A DNA stretch of 59,709 nucleotides from a virus (taxonomy: Duplodnaviria > Caudoviricetes): the IMG/VR virus record IMGVR_UViG_3300024999_000116, positions 1 through 59,709 of that record, one strand, 5' to 3'. Within the stretch, counting starts at the first letter, position 1, and each line of letters starts with the position of its first letter. The notes below the pieces were generated by a model. The model searched no databases. It worked only from the letters and a program-made list of their open reading frames with translations, and was not told the DNA's origin. The translations under genes were made by a program, and so were the position numbers. Of this stretch, positions 1-9,804 are shown piece by piece.

Positions 1-133
1 TTCTGGCTATCTCAGATACCGTTAAGCCAGTAGATACGGCAATTTCAGATAGTTTTGCTTTTTCTCCTAGCGGTAATCTAAGATTAAAACTTTCCCAATT
101 GTCTCTATATTTTTCTTTCCGCTTTGCCGACAT
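1..133 (-). CDS. Ribbon-helix-helix DNA-binding protein (partial, runs off window start)
   Basis: ATG at 133 with GGAGGTGA RBS. Translation MSAKRKEKYRDNWESFNLRLPLGEKAKLSEIAVSTGLTVSEIAR shows the RHH strand-helix-helix pattern. Not in the ORF track. Confidence 0.6.
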   Translation of the reverse strand, partial: MSAKRKEKYRDNWESFNLRLPLGEKAKLSEIAVSTGLTVSEIAR

Positions 134-474
134 TTTGAATCACCTCCAAGGATAGTATAACATGGCGGATACCCATATGGCAACCCAGCTTTCCGGCGAA
201 TCTGAAACGTATATATAGAAGAAAACCGGCGAAAACGGAAAGTTTTGCTTGTTTTCCGGCTTCGGACGTGATAAAATGATATAGTGGGAATTTTATACCA
301 TGTTTTTTTATTTGTGTGAGCCTACTGTTTTAAGTAGGGATATATTGTTTACAGGGCACCTGAGAGGGTGCTTTTTGTTTTGGGTGAGATAGTCCTGATC
401 AGACGAATAGCGCAGCTTTCTCCGGCTGCGTTGACTCACTTGTATTTAAGTAGGAGAAAAATAACCATAGGAGA

Positions 475-963
475 GTGGTAACAATGACAGAGAAAACAGA
501 AGTTAAGAGGGAAGAAAAGACAACGACAGCACATAGGAAGTTTATATCTTGTCCTAAGTGCGGAGTTCACTTCCATACCTACATTATTGAGGAAAACCTT
601 AATATTTTTGAAAGTGGCAGACTAGCAATATTTTGTGGACCCTGCTCTTTTGAGATATTGAAAGATGATGAAGAATTCCAGAAAATAAAAGATACTGTGG
701 ACATAAGTAAGTTTAGTTATACTTACACTTATCCAGCCGCATCACGCAAGCAGGAATACCAAAAATACCTTAACTCTAAGGAATGGAAGAAGAAGCGGAA
801 AGAAACTATCGAGGCAGCAGGAGGCAAGTGCCAGCTCTGCAACAGCGACCACAGACTCCATGTGCATCATAGGACATATGATAACGTAAGGAATGAGCAA
901 CCAGGGGATCTGATTGTGCTATGCTCCAATTGCCACGCAAAGTTTCACGACAAACTTAAATAA
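475..963 (+). CDS. HNH endonuclease
   Basis: C-terminal YLNSKEWKKKR..CQLC..LHVHH..DLIVLCSNCHAKFH. Confidence 0.85.
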   Translation: MVTMTEKTEVKREEKTTTAHRKFISCPKCGVHFHTYIIEENLNIFESGRLAIFCGPCSFEILKDDEEFQKIKDTVDISKFSYTYTYPAASRKQEYQKYLNSKEWKKKRKETIEAAGGKCQLCNSDHRLHVHHRTYDNVRNEQPGDLIVLCSNCHAKFHDKLK

Positions 964-980
964 CGAACGAAGGTGAATTT

Positions 981-1493
981 GTGTCTGACAAAGATATTGT
1001 TTTGCAGGAGTTCGCCAAAACGACTAATCGACTGAAAAGTAAAGGTGTAGATATAACAAATACCTTTTATGGCTTTAGAGAAGATATGTCGGAGCAGGAT
1101 CGCGTTCTCTGGCAGCCGGAAAAGAAATTTGTTAAGGTGTTCCCTGACGAGTTGGCGAATGTCGTTACCATGCTTGACGAGGGAAAGCGGTTAAGTGGTG
1201 CAGAATTAGCTATTGTTATGTTGCTCATGGGACATATCAGCTACAACAGCGGAATGTTGGTCAAGGGCGGCGGCAATCCGGTCAGTCAATCGGATATTGA
1301 GCGAATAACCGGGTTTAATAGGATAACCGTCGTTAAAAGCATGGATAAGCTGGTGCGTAAAAAAGTTTTTGCTCGCAACAAGGTAGGCAAAAGTTATCAG
1401 TATTTTGCAAATCCGTACATCTTTTTTAGAGGCCGATTTATTAACGCTACATTAGTAGATATGTTCAAGTCCTACAACGTGAATAATAGCTAG
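981..1493 (+). CDS. RepL-like (Firmicute replication/maintenance) winged-HTH protein
   Basis: FVKVF..HTH (SQSDIERITGFNRITVVKSMDKL)..YFANPYIFFRG, typical of the RepL family. Confidence 0.65.
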   Translation: MSDKDIVLQEFAKTTNRLKSKGVDITNTFYGFREDMSEQDRVLWQPEKKFVKVFPDELANVVTMLDEGKRLSGAELAIVMLLMGHISYNSGMLVKGGGNPVSQSDIERITGFNRITVVKSMDKLVRKKVFARNKVGKSYQYFANPYIFFRGRFINATLVDMFKSYNVNNS

Positions 1494-1501
1494 TTTGCGT
1501 T

Positions 1502-1718
1502 ATCTTAGAGTAATTAGAGGCATCTAAGACTTAAAAAGTGTCGCTCACGCCTTGTGGTTGTTGGGATACAACTGATTCATAACATGTAGTCTGTAGTATA
1601 CATGAAACGCCACAATAGGTAGTCTGTGGACTACATATCAAAGATACCTCTTAGACCAATAACGACAACGGTTAGAAGGTGTTTTGAACGCAATAGACTC
1701 CTCTTATTACTCTAAGAT
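1502..1718. repeat. Long nested imperfect palindrome centred on 1610 (putative origin or protein-binding site)
   Basis: 1502-1526 vs 1694-1718 inverted 22/25; 1552-1564 vs 1656-1668 inverted 11/13; 1584-1591 vs 1629-1636 inverted 8/8. All share one dyad axis. Confidence 0.75.
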
Positions 1719-1740
1719 GTTTTGGTGACCATGTTTAAGG

Positions 1741-1956
1741 GTGACTTATTTGCAGATAGTTTTGTATGTGGGAAATGAGGTGAGCGAGAACGTGACCTGT
1801 AGAAATTGCAAGTATAACGATGGGTGTAAGCACAAAGAGGAATACAAAAAAGCCATTGAACGAGCAAAGAACATAGAAGATGAGATTGCTTGCGTTTTGG
1901 TGAAAGTAGAATGTAGATGGTTTCGCGAACAGAGATTAAATGTAAACGAGTATTAA
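1741..1956 (+). CDS. Hypothetical Cys-rich phage protein
   Basis: ORF with CxxC motifs; start uncertain. Confidence 0.4.
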   Translation: MTYLQIVLYVGNEVSENVTCRNCKYNDGCKHKEEYKKAIERAKNIEDEIACVLVKVECRWFREQRLNVNEY

Positions 1957-2021
1957 TTGATTTATTACCGTTTATCGAAGAATAGCTTGGATTAACTTAA
2001 AATATCGAGGTGATTTGAATT

Positions 2022-2453
2022 ATGGGTGATCTAAGTAAAAGTGTGCAACTTAAAAGAGATGCTTTTTTGGCCGCATACGCAGAAGTGGGAACAGTCACCC
2101 ATGCGGCCGACATTGTTGGAGTACATAGAAATGCACATTATAACTGGATGCAAGACCCGGAATATGTGGAAAAATTCCGAGAAGCTGAAAAGCAGGCGGC
2201 TGATGTATTAGAAAAGGAAGTCAGGCGCAGAGCTGTCGAAGGAGTTCTGGAGCCTGTATTTTATCAGGGGCAGGAGTGCGGGACGGTGCGGAAATACTCA
2301 GATACATTGCTTATTTTTGCTACAAAGGGTGCCTTACCCCAGAAGTATCGTGAAAATGTATCAATGGAACTCACGGGCGCTGACGGTGGACCTGTGGACG
2401 TGCGAATAGCTGGGATGACGGATGCAGAACTGGAGCAGTTATTGGAGGATTAG
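2022..2453 (+). CDS. Terminase small subunit
   Basis: N-terminal HTH, EVRRRAVEG..PVFYQG..VRKYSDTLLIF..P.KYRE..ELTGADGGP motif; lies upstream of TerL. Confidence 0.8.
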   Translation: MGDLSKSVQLKRDAFLAAYAEVGTVTHAADIVGVHRNAHYNWMQDPEYVEKFREAEKQAADVLEKEVRRRAVEGVLEPVFYQGQECGTVRKYSDTLLIFATKGALPQKYRENVSMELTGADGGPVDVRIAGMTDAELEQLLED

Positions 2454-2466
2454 GAGGTTTTGAGCG

Positions 2467-2922
2467 ATGAAAACATGCTTAGACTGCGGAAATCCTATTA
2501 TCAATAGAGGCAGAGGTGCCGTTAGATGCTTAGAATGTGCCGAGAAGCGCGAAAAGAAAATGGCCATTCTGAGGGTGAATAGGCGAAAAGACAGGTTAGG
2601 AAAAGAGTTTTGCAGCGAAACAAGGAAATTTAAAAACAAAGCACATCTACTACAGGGTGATTCGTGTATTATATGTGGTTTTAATGTACCAAATATGCCT
2701 CATGGTGGTTGTGACGTGCATCATATCATACCGCTATCAAGTGGAGGTACGAACGATGAAGACAGAAATGCCGCCATACTTTGCCCGAACTGTCATGTAG
2801 AAGCACATCAAGGCATTATATCGGTAGAGAAATTACTTACTGGTGTGCTGAAAGCCAAAACAAAACGCATCAATTCAAAGATAGATGCTTCATTTATTGA
2901 TAGAGTGAGGGCGAGAGCATAA
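2467..2922 (+). CDS. HNH endonuclease
   Basis: CIICG..DVHHIIPLSSGGTND..AILCPNCHVEAH. Confidence 0.85.
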   Translation: MKTCLDCGNPIINRGRGAVRCLECAEKREKKMAILRVNRRKDRLGKEFCSETRKFKNKAHLLQGDSCIICGFNVPNMPHGGCDVHHIIPLSSGGTNDEDRNAAILCPNCHVEAHQGIISVEKLLTGVLKAKTKRINSKIDASFIDRVRARA

Positions 2923-3411
2923 GCTATGTACACGCTGTACCTATGGACGTTCTTATAATGTGCATTATGTCAACTAGATAAGGCCAAAAGTGCCGTATTT
3001 CCTGCATTTCTTAGTCAGGTGTTCGGTTACTGGTTCCGTTTTTGTCATTGTCCTGCTGTGGTGGACATTTTACCGTACCTGCTCCATTTCACAGGCGCAG
3101 GGTTGTGATACTGTGTTGTACGCACAGAGCGCAGCGCATACGCGAGCAGGGAGCGCAAGCGCACGTATTTAGATAGGATATTCGCCAAAAAGAGGGGGTG
3201 GGGGTCAAACACCCCCGGTATGGATTGGCGGGACTCCGGCGAAGGGTACCTGTACTTTATACTATCACCATCTAACAACATATACATTTTACACAATTTC
3301 ACAAAGTTTATAAATCACTATAATCCAAAAGGAAGTGATTATCGTACTATCAATAATTAAACGCTTCATCCATAACTATTGTCGTATCATACATAAACTA
3401 AATTAAAAGGA

Positions 3412-3687
3412 GTGTTTATTATGGGATTGACAGCAAGTCAAATGAAAATGTTGCAACTAATGGCTAAAAAGAATGATATGGCAGGTATTCAAAAAATGTT
3501 GGCAAGTGCTACACCGGCTAAAGCATCCAGCAAACCTGCGACACCTCAACAGCAGGCAGCAAATAAAAAACGTGAGGCTCAGATTAAAGCCATGGAGTCT
3601 GCGGCTAAAGCACAGAAAAAAGAAATTGCTGCGGTAGCTAAAAATATTAATAGTAAGGAAAAAATGTCTTTCAAAACTTTCGCATAA
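3412..3687 (+). CDS. Hypothetical basic Ala/Lys-rich protein
   Basis: AAGGAG RBS; followed by hairpin terminator aaacaacaaccgcc/ggtggttgttgttt. Confidence 0.5.
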   Translation: MFIMGLTASQMKMLQLMAKKNDMAGIQKMLASATPAKASSKPATPQQQAANKKREAQIKAMESAAKAQKKEIAAVAKNINSKEKMSFKTFA

Positions 3688-3782
3688 TGATGTAAACAAC
3701 AACCGCCATTTACCGACGGTGGTTGTTGTTTTTACACCAATATACATATTTATCTAACTATTAACCGAAAACGGAGGAAATA

Positions 3783-4133
3783 ATGAGCAATGTTAAAAAG
3801 TACCGCAGAAAACCTATTTTTGTTGATGCAGAGCCTTATGTTGATGGCTTGGAAGATGGTTTTTATCAAGGAATTCCTTATATTACTGCCGGACAAATAA
3901 AGATAAAAATATCACCGGGAGATTATATTGCAACAAGACCGGATGGTGCTAGATTCCTCTATGAACCTAAAAACTTCGAGGCGACTTATGAGGAAGTAGA
4001 GAATATGGAAGATACTCGCCCCATATGTCCTGACTGTAAAACTATCATGGTTAAGACTCGTATTGAGTTAAGTGACGGTAGCGGTTGGTTCTCTGGTTGG
4101 GGTTGTGATTGTAAATATGAACCAAAAAGTTAA
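3783..4133 (+). CDS. PGDY-motif phage protein
   Basis: KKYRRKPIFVDA..ISPGDYI..YEPKNFEATYE, a common phage family. Confidence 0.6.
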   Translation: MSNVKKYRRKPIFVDAEPYVDGLEDGFYQGIPYITAGQIKIKISPGDYIATRPDGARFLYEPKNFEATYEEVENMEDTRPICPDCKTIMVKTRIELSDGSGWFSGWGCDCKYEPKS

Positions 4134-4208
4134 ACGAGTATTCCCATGATTCGTTAATGTGATGATGTGTTGGTGCTAAAAACTAAATGAGAACATGGAG
4201 GAATTGAA

Positions 4209-4538
4209 ATGAATTTTCCTATCAATAGAAGTTGTGATGATATGCCCATGCCGATGAATGAAGCGAAATGCGCTAGGGATATAGCACCCGTAGAGAGCGC
4301 AATGGAAGATTTAATGAAAACTATTAGTCATAATGTTGATTTAGTTAGTAAACTCAATGACGTAGTTAGTCAGCCAGTTCCGATTAATGGTAACTGCGAA
4401 AACACTATTAGTCCTGCTCCGGTTACACTATATCAAAAACTATATAAATTAGTAGAAACGGTGAGCATAAACAATGGCAAGTTGCAGGAATTAATAGACA
4501 GATTGAGACTTGAAATTGGCGACATTAAACTAATCTAG
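4209..4538 (+). CDS. Hypothetical protein
   Basis: ORF with GGAGG RBS. Confidence 0.5.
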   Translation: MNFPINRSCDDMPMPMNEAKCARDIAPVESAMEDLMKTISHNVDLVSKLNDVVSQPVPINGNCENTISPAPVTLYQKLYKLVETVSINNGKLQELIDRLRLEIGDIKLI

Positions 4539-4556
4539 TCGTAACAAGGTGATCTT

Positions 4557-6299
4557 ATGACCGATCAGCAAAAGGAAAAGAAGAAACTATCCGCTCAGAA
4601 ATTAAGGGAAAAAGCGGCAGCAAAAGTTGAATTGGAATATCGTAAATCCGCTAAGAGTGTAGAGTATTTTATAGATAAATACGCCTATATTGAGGATAGG
4701 GACGTTCCCGACTTAGTTGCTAAACTTAATTTATGGGACGGTCAAAAGGAAGCGTTAAGGAAGATTATTGACAGTAAGTTGTCGATTATTCTCAAAGCGC
4801 GGCAGTTAGGTTTTACTTGGCTATCTCTTATTTACGGATTGCACGGGGTTATATTTCGACCCGGTTATTCCGTTGTTGCTCTATCTAAGAGGGAAGAGGA
4901 CGCTAAGGAACTTATTAGGCGTATATGCTTTATCCTTAGATACTTACCTTCATGGATGATTCGTCACGTTAAGGGTACTCCGAAGCAATATCCTAACCCT
5001 ACATGGGATTCAACGGTATTGTCGGTTACTATCTATCATAAAGGAAAAGAACCTGCTGTTTTTAATGCTATGTCTGCCGGTCCTGATAGTGGACGTTCCT
5101 TTACGGCGAATCTTGTAATACTTGATGAATGGGCGTTTCAGATGTTTGCTAGAGATATTTGGTCTGCTGCTTACCCTACTATTAATCGACCTACTGGTGG
5201 ACAGGTTATTGGGCTATCTACCGCTAAAAAAGGTACTTTATTTGAGGAAATATTTTGGAAGGCGTACAACGGCGAGAATACGTTTACGCCTATATTTATG
5301 CCTTGGAGTACCGACCCTAGACGTACTCAGGATTGGTATGAGCAGGTTAAAAAAGACTTACCTCATAGTTATATGGCAGAGTATCCGGCGACTCCAGAAG
5401 AGGCGTTTACTGCCGGTGAAGGTCAGTTCTTTAAAGAGTTTAGGCGTGATGTGCATGTTGTGAAACCGTTTAAGATACCTTCGTGGTGGAAAAGGTTCTG
5501 CTCGTTGGACTATGGACTTGATATGTGTTCATGTCACTGGTGGGCAGTATCGCCGGAAGGTATTATGTACGCTTATCGTGAATTATATCAACCTAATTTA
5601 ACCCTTAGTCAAGCGGCGAAGAAAATTATCTCCATGACACCTAAAGACGAGAAAATTAGTTATACGGTTGCTTCTCCTGACTTGTGGAATAGGCGACAAG
5701 AGACAGGGACAAGCGGTAGAGAAATAATGAATCGTGCCGGACTTAATAACCTCAGAAAAGCAAAGCATGACCGTGTTGCAGGTTGGAGGGCATTAAGGGA
5801 GTATCTGTTAGTTAGAGAGGAAAAGCAGGACGTTATGACCGATGAAGGTATTAATACGGTTACTGTACTCACTTCCAGATTAAAGATATTTGATAACTGT
5901 AAGAATGTTATAAGGTGCCTGCCTCTATTGGAGCATGATAAGAACAATCCAGAAGATGCGGCAGATACGCCACATGAGGTCACACATTCACCGGAAGAAT
6001 GTTTAATTGGAGAAACAATAATAAACACTCCTGATGGTGATTTTACTATTAAGGATTTAGTTGGTAAGTCTGGTAATGTATATTGTTATGACGAGGAAAA
6101 TAAGTGTATGTCAGTATCTACTTTTTCTGATGTAAGGTTAACTAAGGAGAATGTAGATGTATATGAAATAGAGTTATATGACGGAAGAAAGATTGTTGCA
6201 ACCAAAGATCATCCTGTGCTTACTAATAGCGGATGGAAGTTAGTTGGTCAACTTACTGACAATGATTATGTTATCGAGGTGGACTATGAAAGTTGTTAG
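4557..6299 (+). CDS. terL: Terminase large subunit N-terminal part fused to split-intein N-fragment (6000-6296)
   Basis: ILKARQLGFT (Walker A), LVILDEWAF (Walker B), SLDYG nuclease motif, then CLIGETIINTPDG (intein block A) and ATKDHPVLT (block B, TxxH), then a stop. Confidence 0.92.
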   Translation: MTDQQKEKKKLSAQKLREKAAAKVELEYRKSAKSVEYFIDKYAYIEDRDVPDLVAKLNLWDGQKEALRKIIDSKLSIILKARQLGFTWLSLIYGLHGVIFRPGYSVVALSKREEDAKELIRRICFILRYLPSWMIRHVKGTPKQYPNPTWDSTVLSVTIYHKGKEPAVFNAMSAGPDSGRSFTANLVILDEWAFQMFARDIWSAAYPTINRPTGGQVIGLSTAKKGTLFEEIFWKAYNGENTFTPIFMPWSTDPRRTQDWYEQVKKDLPHSYMAEYPATPEEAFTAGEGQFFKEFRRDVHVVKPFKIPSWWKRFCSLDYGLDMCSCHWWAVSPEGIMYAYRELYQPNLTLSQAAKKIISMTPKDEKISYTVASPDLWNRRQETGTSGREIMNRAGLNNLRKAKHDRVAGWRALREYLLVREEKQDVMTDEGINTVTVLTSRLKIFDNCKNVIRCLPLLEHDKNNPEDAADTPHEVTHSPEECLIGETIINTPDGDFTIKDLVGKSGNVYCYDEENKCMSVSTFSDVRLTKENVDVYEIELYDGRKIVATKDHPVLTNSGWKLVGQLTDNDYVIEVDYESC

Positions 6300-6954
6300 G
6301 GAAGTAAAAACAATAACAACTGAATATATAGAGCTTAACGGAATTAAGTTCTATAAGGACGGCAAGGGTTATTGGTTAGGGACTGTTAATAAGAAACCTA
6401 AAAGACTCCATATTTATGTATGGGAATGTGTTAATGGTTCTGTTCCTAAAGGTTACCACATTCACCATGTAGACTTGGATAAGGACAATAACGATATTGA
6501 CAACCTTGTTGCAATGGAAAAGGAAGAACATTTAAGACTTCATGCCTTATTGAATGGTCAAGATGAGGAATATAGGGAAAAGCGCAGGAAGGTATTGTAC
6601 GAAAATAGACACCTTGCGGCAGAGTGGCATGGTTCAGAAGAGGGTAGAGAAACTTCTCGTCGTAATTGGTATAAATCACTTGGTATATACATGGAACAAA
6701 TGATAACTCTTGAATGTGATAATTGCGGTAAAAAATATGAAACAAGTGTTATAAGTAAAAAACATAGTAGATTCTGCGGCAATAAATGCAAGTCAGCATA
6801 CAGAAGAAAGTTAAGACTTGATGATGTGGAAAAAGAATGTTTTGTTTGTGGTAAAAAGTTTTTCTCTAGTAAATATGACAAAGTTAAGACGTGCTCAAAA
6901 GAATGCGGCACTAAGTTGATGCTCCTTAACCGCAATGGTATAAGGAGGTTTTAA
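6286..6954 (+). CDS. Free-standing HNH homing endonuclease with Zn-finger repeats
   Basis: ATG 6286 after GAGGTGG RBS; RLHIYVWE..IHHVDLDKDNNDIDNL..EHLRLH; C-terminal CxxC repeats. Confidence 0.85.
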   Translation: MKVVREVKTITTEYIELNGIKFYKDGKGYWLGTVNKKPKRLHIYVWECVNGSVPKGYHIHHVDLDKDNNDIDNLVAMEKEEHLRLHALLNGQDEEYREKRRKVLYENRHLAAEWHGSEEGRETSRRNWYKSLGIYMEQMITLECDNCGKKYETSVISKKHSRFCGNKCKSAYRRKLRLDDVEKECFVCGKKFFSSKYDKVKTCSKECGTKLMLLNRNGIRRF

Positions 6955-6959
6955 TTTAT

Positions 6960-7223
6960 ATGGTAAAAATTAAAGCGATTAGATATGTCGGAAAGTCTGA
7001 TGTATACAACATGGAAGTTGAAAAGCATCATAACTTTAGTGTTAATGGTGGACTTATCGTTCATAATTGTCGCTACGCTGTAATGTCAAGACCTCCAATT
7101 TCTAAGAATGATAAGTATTCGTTTCCCGATGATATGTCGTTATCTGAGCAGTCAGCAGTTTTAAATAACATTGCGTTTGAGAAAGAATATGAGAAGTTAC
7201 AAGAACATATTGTAGGTTTTTAA
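6960..7223 (+). CDS. terL: Split-intein C-fragment (36 aa, 6960-7067) plus TerL C-terminal extein
   Basis: MVKIKAIRYVGKSDVYNMEVEKHHNFSVNGGLIVHN|CRYAVMSRPP: blocks F/G, HN|C junction; own AGGAGG RBS. Confidence 0.92.
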   Translation: MVKIKAIRYVGKSDVYNMEVEKHHNFSVNGGLIVHNCRYAVMSRPPISKNDKYSFPDDMSLSEQSAVLNNIAFEKEYEKLQEHIVGF

Positions 7224-7376
7224 TTAAAACCGAGGACGGTGAGATTATGAAGGATAATAAGAAAAGACATCTTTTGAAGTCTATTACTATCATGGATAAA
7301 TCATATGGTAAATCTGTTTTAGAAAATCTAGTTAAGACTATTGCTATTAAAAGAGCGATTGACAAGGTGTGATTAA

Positions 7377-9488
7377 ATGGACTGGAAAAAACCATTTCGT
7401 GCGTTAAAAAAGAAGGTGAAAGAGATAGTGGCACCTGCTGTAGAATACGATCAAGAGACACTTGACTTGCTTAAATACTGGCAAGATCAGTTCGAGATTG
7501 ACCGTTTCGCTAAGAAAAAATACGATAATCTTATGGATTCATGGGAAAACATGTATAACGGTAATCGTGAATTCGAGAACGTCAATAATAGGCAGGATAG
7601 AGAAGCGAGAACGGTTGTTAACTTCCCTCGCTTGATTATTGAAGCGTTAATTGATATGACTATCCCTGACCACGACTTCAAACCTGTTACCGCTGCCGAT
7701 GAAATACCGGTTAATGCTTTGAAAAGTTACGTTGGTTATGTACTGAGAAGTTCTTCTCCTTCATTAGAAGAAATGAATATGTCGGACGAGCGCAGGGTTT
7801 CAAAGTTGGGCGGTACATTTAAGAAGGTTCACTGGAACAATAATATCAAACGTGCTGGATATGTCGGCGAAATTGAGATTAGTAACCCTCACCCAAAGGA
7901 CATTATACCTAATAAGTCGTCTATTAACTTCGGTGACGACATGGAACATTATCATCATCCGGTTAACCGCACACAGAAGTATATTCTTCGCAAATGGAAA
8001 GATATAACGAAGGATATGCTGGAAGAAAAGGCAATTTTATATGCCGAGTATGATGAGATATTAGGCGACCAGAAAGTTACTACCGTTACCGATACTACCG
8101 GAGTTTCTAAGGATACGGGACTTGGCAAGTATACTATTGTTGAGACTACCTACCGTGACGACGACGGAGATATTTGTAAGTTGTGGTGGTCAGGTGACTT
8201 ACTGATTAAACATCTGCCGAAGTTCTTTTATCGTAGGGATGAGGACGGTAATCCCTATAAGACCGAAACTATAGAAGCAGGTACGCAGATTCGCAAAGGC
8301 TTGGATGAATACGGCAATATTGCCTACCGTGTTATTGATGCCGAAACTGAGGCAGAGTATTATATACCTACCTGCTGGGATATAGTCTATCAACCCTTTA
8401 TTATGCGTGATAAGTGTTGTTGGGGTATATCTATTATGGAAGATGTTTGGGACTTACAGGAGAGTATCAAGAAAGCGGTATTTTCCTATGAAGAAAACTT
8501 CCTAAAGGGCAGGAAGAAAATAATAACAGATTCACAAGAGGCAGGAAGAAAACTTCAAGATCCGACATCCGAGATAATAGTTTTAAACGACCCTGCCACA
8601 ACAAAAGAAGTTGATTTAAGTACAAACATTGACGGGGTGCAATGGGTTAATCAGTTAAAAGAATGGATGCAACTTATTACCGGCGTAACCGATGCCTCAT
8701 TAGGAGTTCATCAACCAGGCGTAACATCAGGCGATCAGGCGCAGGCATATATAAGTCAGTCAAGCAACAAATTAGCAATTAAGTCTGCCTATAAGTCAAC
8801 CTCATATAAGACACTTTACCGTACTATTGCGGAGTTTGCGTTGGCGTTTTGTGATGATGACAGACCTTTCCGTATTACCGGAGAAAAGGGTGAGAATAAA
8901 TACGGTCAGTTTAACCGCTTGTCTATGCTTCGTGATGTTAACGGTGACTTAATTTATCCTGACTTTGATATTGAGATTAGCGCAGAAGTTGGATTTATGA
9001 AGAATAAGTCAGAAATGATGAATTCTATAGTTTCACTTGCAGGACAAGGACGTTTTGAACCTACTCCTGGTAATATGCTGATACTGAAAATACTTGATAA
9101 AATCGGTGTTCCGCACCTTAAAGAAGTTATCGGGCAGATGGAGCAGGATATACAGCAAGCACAGGAGGCCCAAGCAAAGCAGGAAGAACAGGCTAAACTC
9201 ATACAGGAACAACAACTACAACAGAGTACAGATATGATGCTTGCTAAACAGCAGCACGAAAAAGAACTTGCTGTTATAAAACAGCAGGGAGAACTAAACC
9301 GTCAACAGCAATCGCACGACCTCGAAAATAGTAAAGAAGTTATGAGTGGCGAATTGCAGCAGGGCGCAGTTATGAGTTTTGTGGACAAGTTGAATCAGAT
9401 TAAAGAGAACAATCCTGATACCTTTGTTAAAATTATGCAACTACCGGCAGAGCAGCAGGTACAGGCGGTAATGAGTATGATAAGTTAA
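7377..9488 (+). CDS. Portal protein
   Basis: Follows TerL; ~700 aa; ITGVTDASLG motif and Q-rich C-terminal coiled coil as in P22-like portals. Confidence 0.85.
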   Translation: MDWKKPFRALKKKVKEIVAPAVEYDQETLDLLKYWQDQFEIDRFAKKKYDNLMDSWENMYNGNREFENVNNRQDREARTVVNFPRLIIEALIDMTIPDHDFKPVTAADEIPVNALKSYVGYVLRSSSPSLEEMNMSDERRVSKLGGTFKKVHWNNNIKRAGYVGEIEISNPHPKDIIPNKSSINFGDDMEHYHHPVNRTQKYILRKWKDITKDMLEEKAILYAEYDEILGDQKVTTVTDTTGVSKDTGLGKYTIVETTYRDDDGDICKLWWSGDLLIKHLPKFFYRRDEDGNPYKTETIEAGTQIRKGLDEYGNIAYRVIDAETEAEYYIPTCWDIVYQPFIMRDKCCWGISIMEDVWDLQESIKKAVFSYEENFLKGRKKIITDSQEAGRKLQDPTSEIIVLNDPATTKEVDLSTNIDGVQWVNQLKEWMQLITGVTDASLGVHQPGVTSGDQAQAYISQSSNKLAIKSAYKSTSYKTLYRTIAEFALAFCDDDRPFRITGEKGENKYGQFNRLSMLRDVNGDLIYPDFDIEISAEVGFMKNKSEMMNSIVSLAGQGRFEPTPGNMLILKILDKIGVPHLKEVIGQMEQDIQQAQEAQAKQEEQAKLIQEQQLQQSTDMMLAKQQHEKELAVIKQQGELNRQQQSHDLENSKEVMSGELQQGAVMSFVDKLNQIKENNPDTFVKIMQLPAEQQVQAVMSMIS

Positions 9489-9508
9489 TAACGGATAACC
9501 GGAGGTAA

Positions 9509-9646
9509 ATGATGCAATTAACTGATCAAGAAAAAAGAATCATCGAAGAATTGCGTAAACTTGGAGGATGGGGAACGCTTACCGTCAAAGTTAAGGGTGG
9601 CAGGGCGGTTATGATTAGTCCTACTAGGGATATTAAGTTAGACTAG
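9509..9646 (+). CDS. Small protein, DUF2292/YezD-like
   Basis: GGAGG RBS; MMQLTDQEKRIIEELRKLGGWGTLTVKVKGGRAVMISPTRDIKLD. Confidence 0.5.
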   Translation: MMQLTDQEKRIIEELRKLGGWGTLTVKVKGGRAVMISPTRDIKLD

Positions 9647-9804
9647 ATGCGATCCGAATTAATTTTTTCGGAGTGTTTCTGTAATACGGTTAAAATGTAA
9701 TTGCTTAGTGTTCTGTTTTCGCTTTTTGCTAATTGTTCCAATTTAGCCTTAAAATCTTTTGGTAGCATTATAAGAGTTCTAGTGTTATTTTTTGAAACTG
9801 TCAT
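9643..9804 (-). CDS. Ribbon-helix-helix (Arc/CopG-like) regulator divergent from tnpB
   Basis: GGGAGTGA RBS; MTVSKNNTRTLIMLPKDFKAKLEQLAKSENRTLSNYILTVLQKH. Not in the ORF track. Confidence 0.75.
   Translation of the reverse strand: MTVSKNNTRTLIMLPKDFKAKLEQLAKSENRTLSNYILTVLQKHSEKINSDRI

Noticed and set aside
6244-6960. Contiguous intein broken by sequencing frameshifts
   Set aside because: The HNH and IntC genes each have their own RBS and ATG, and the split lies at the usual endonuclease-insertion point.
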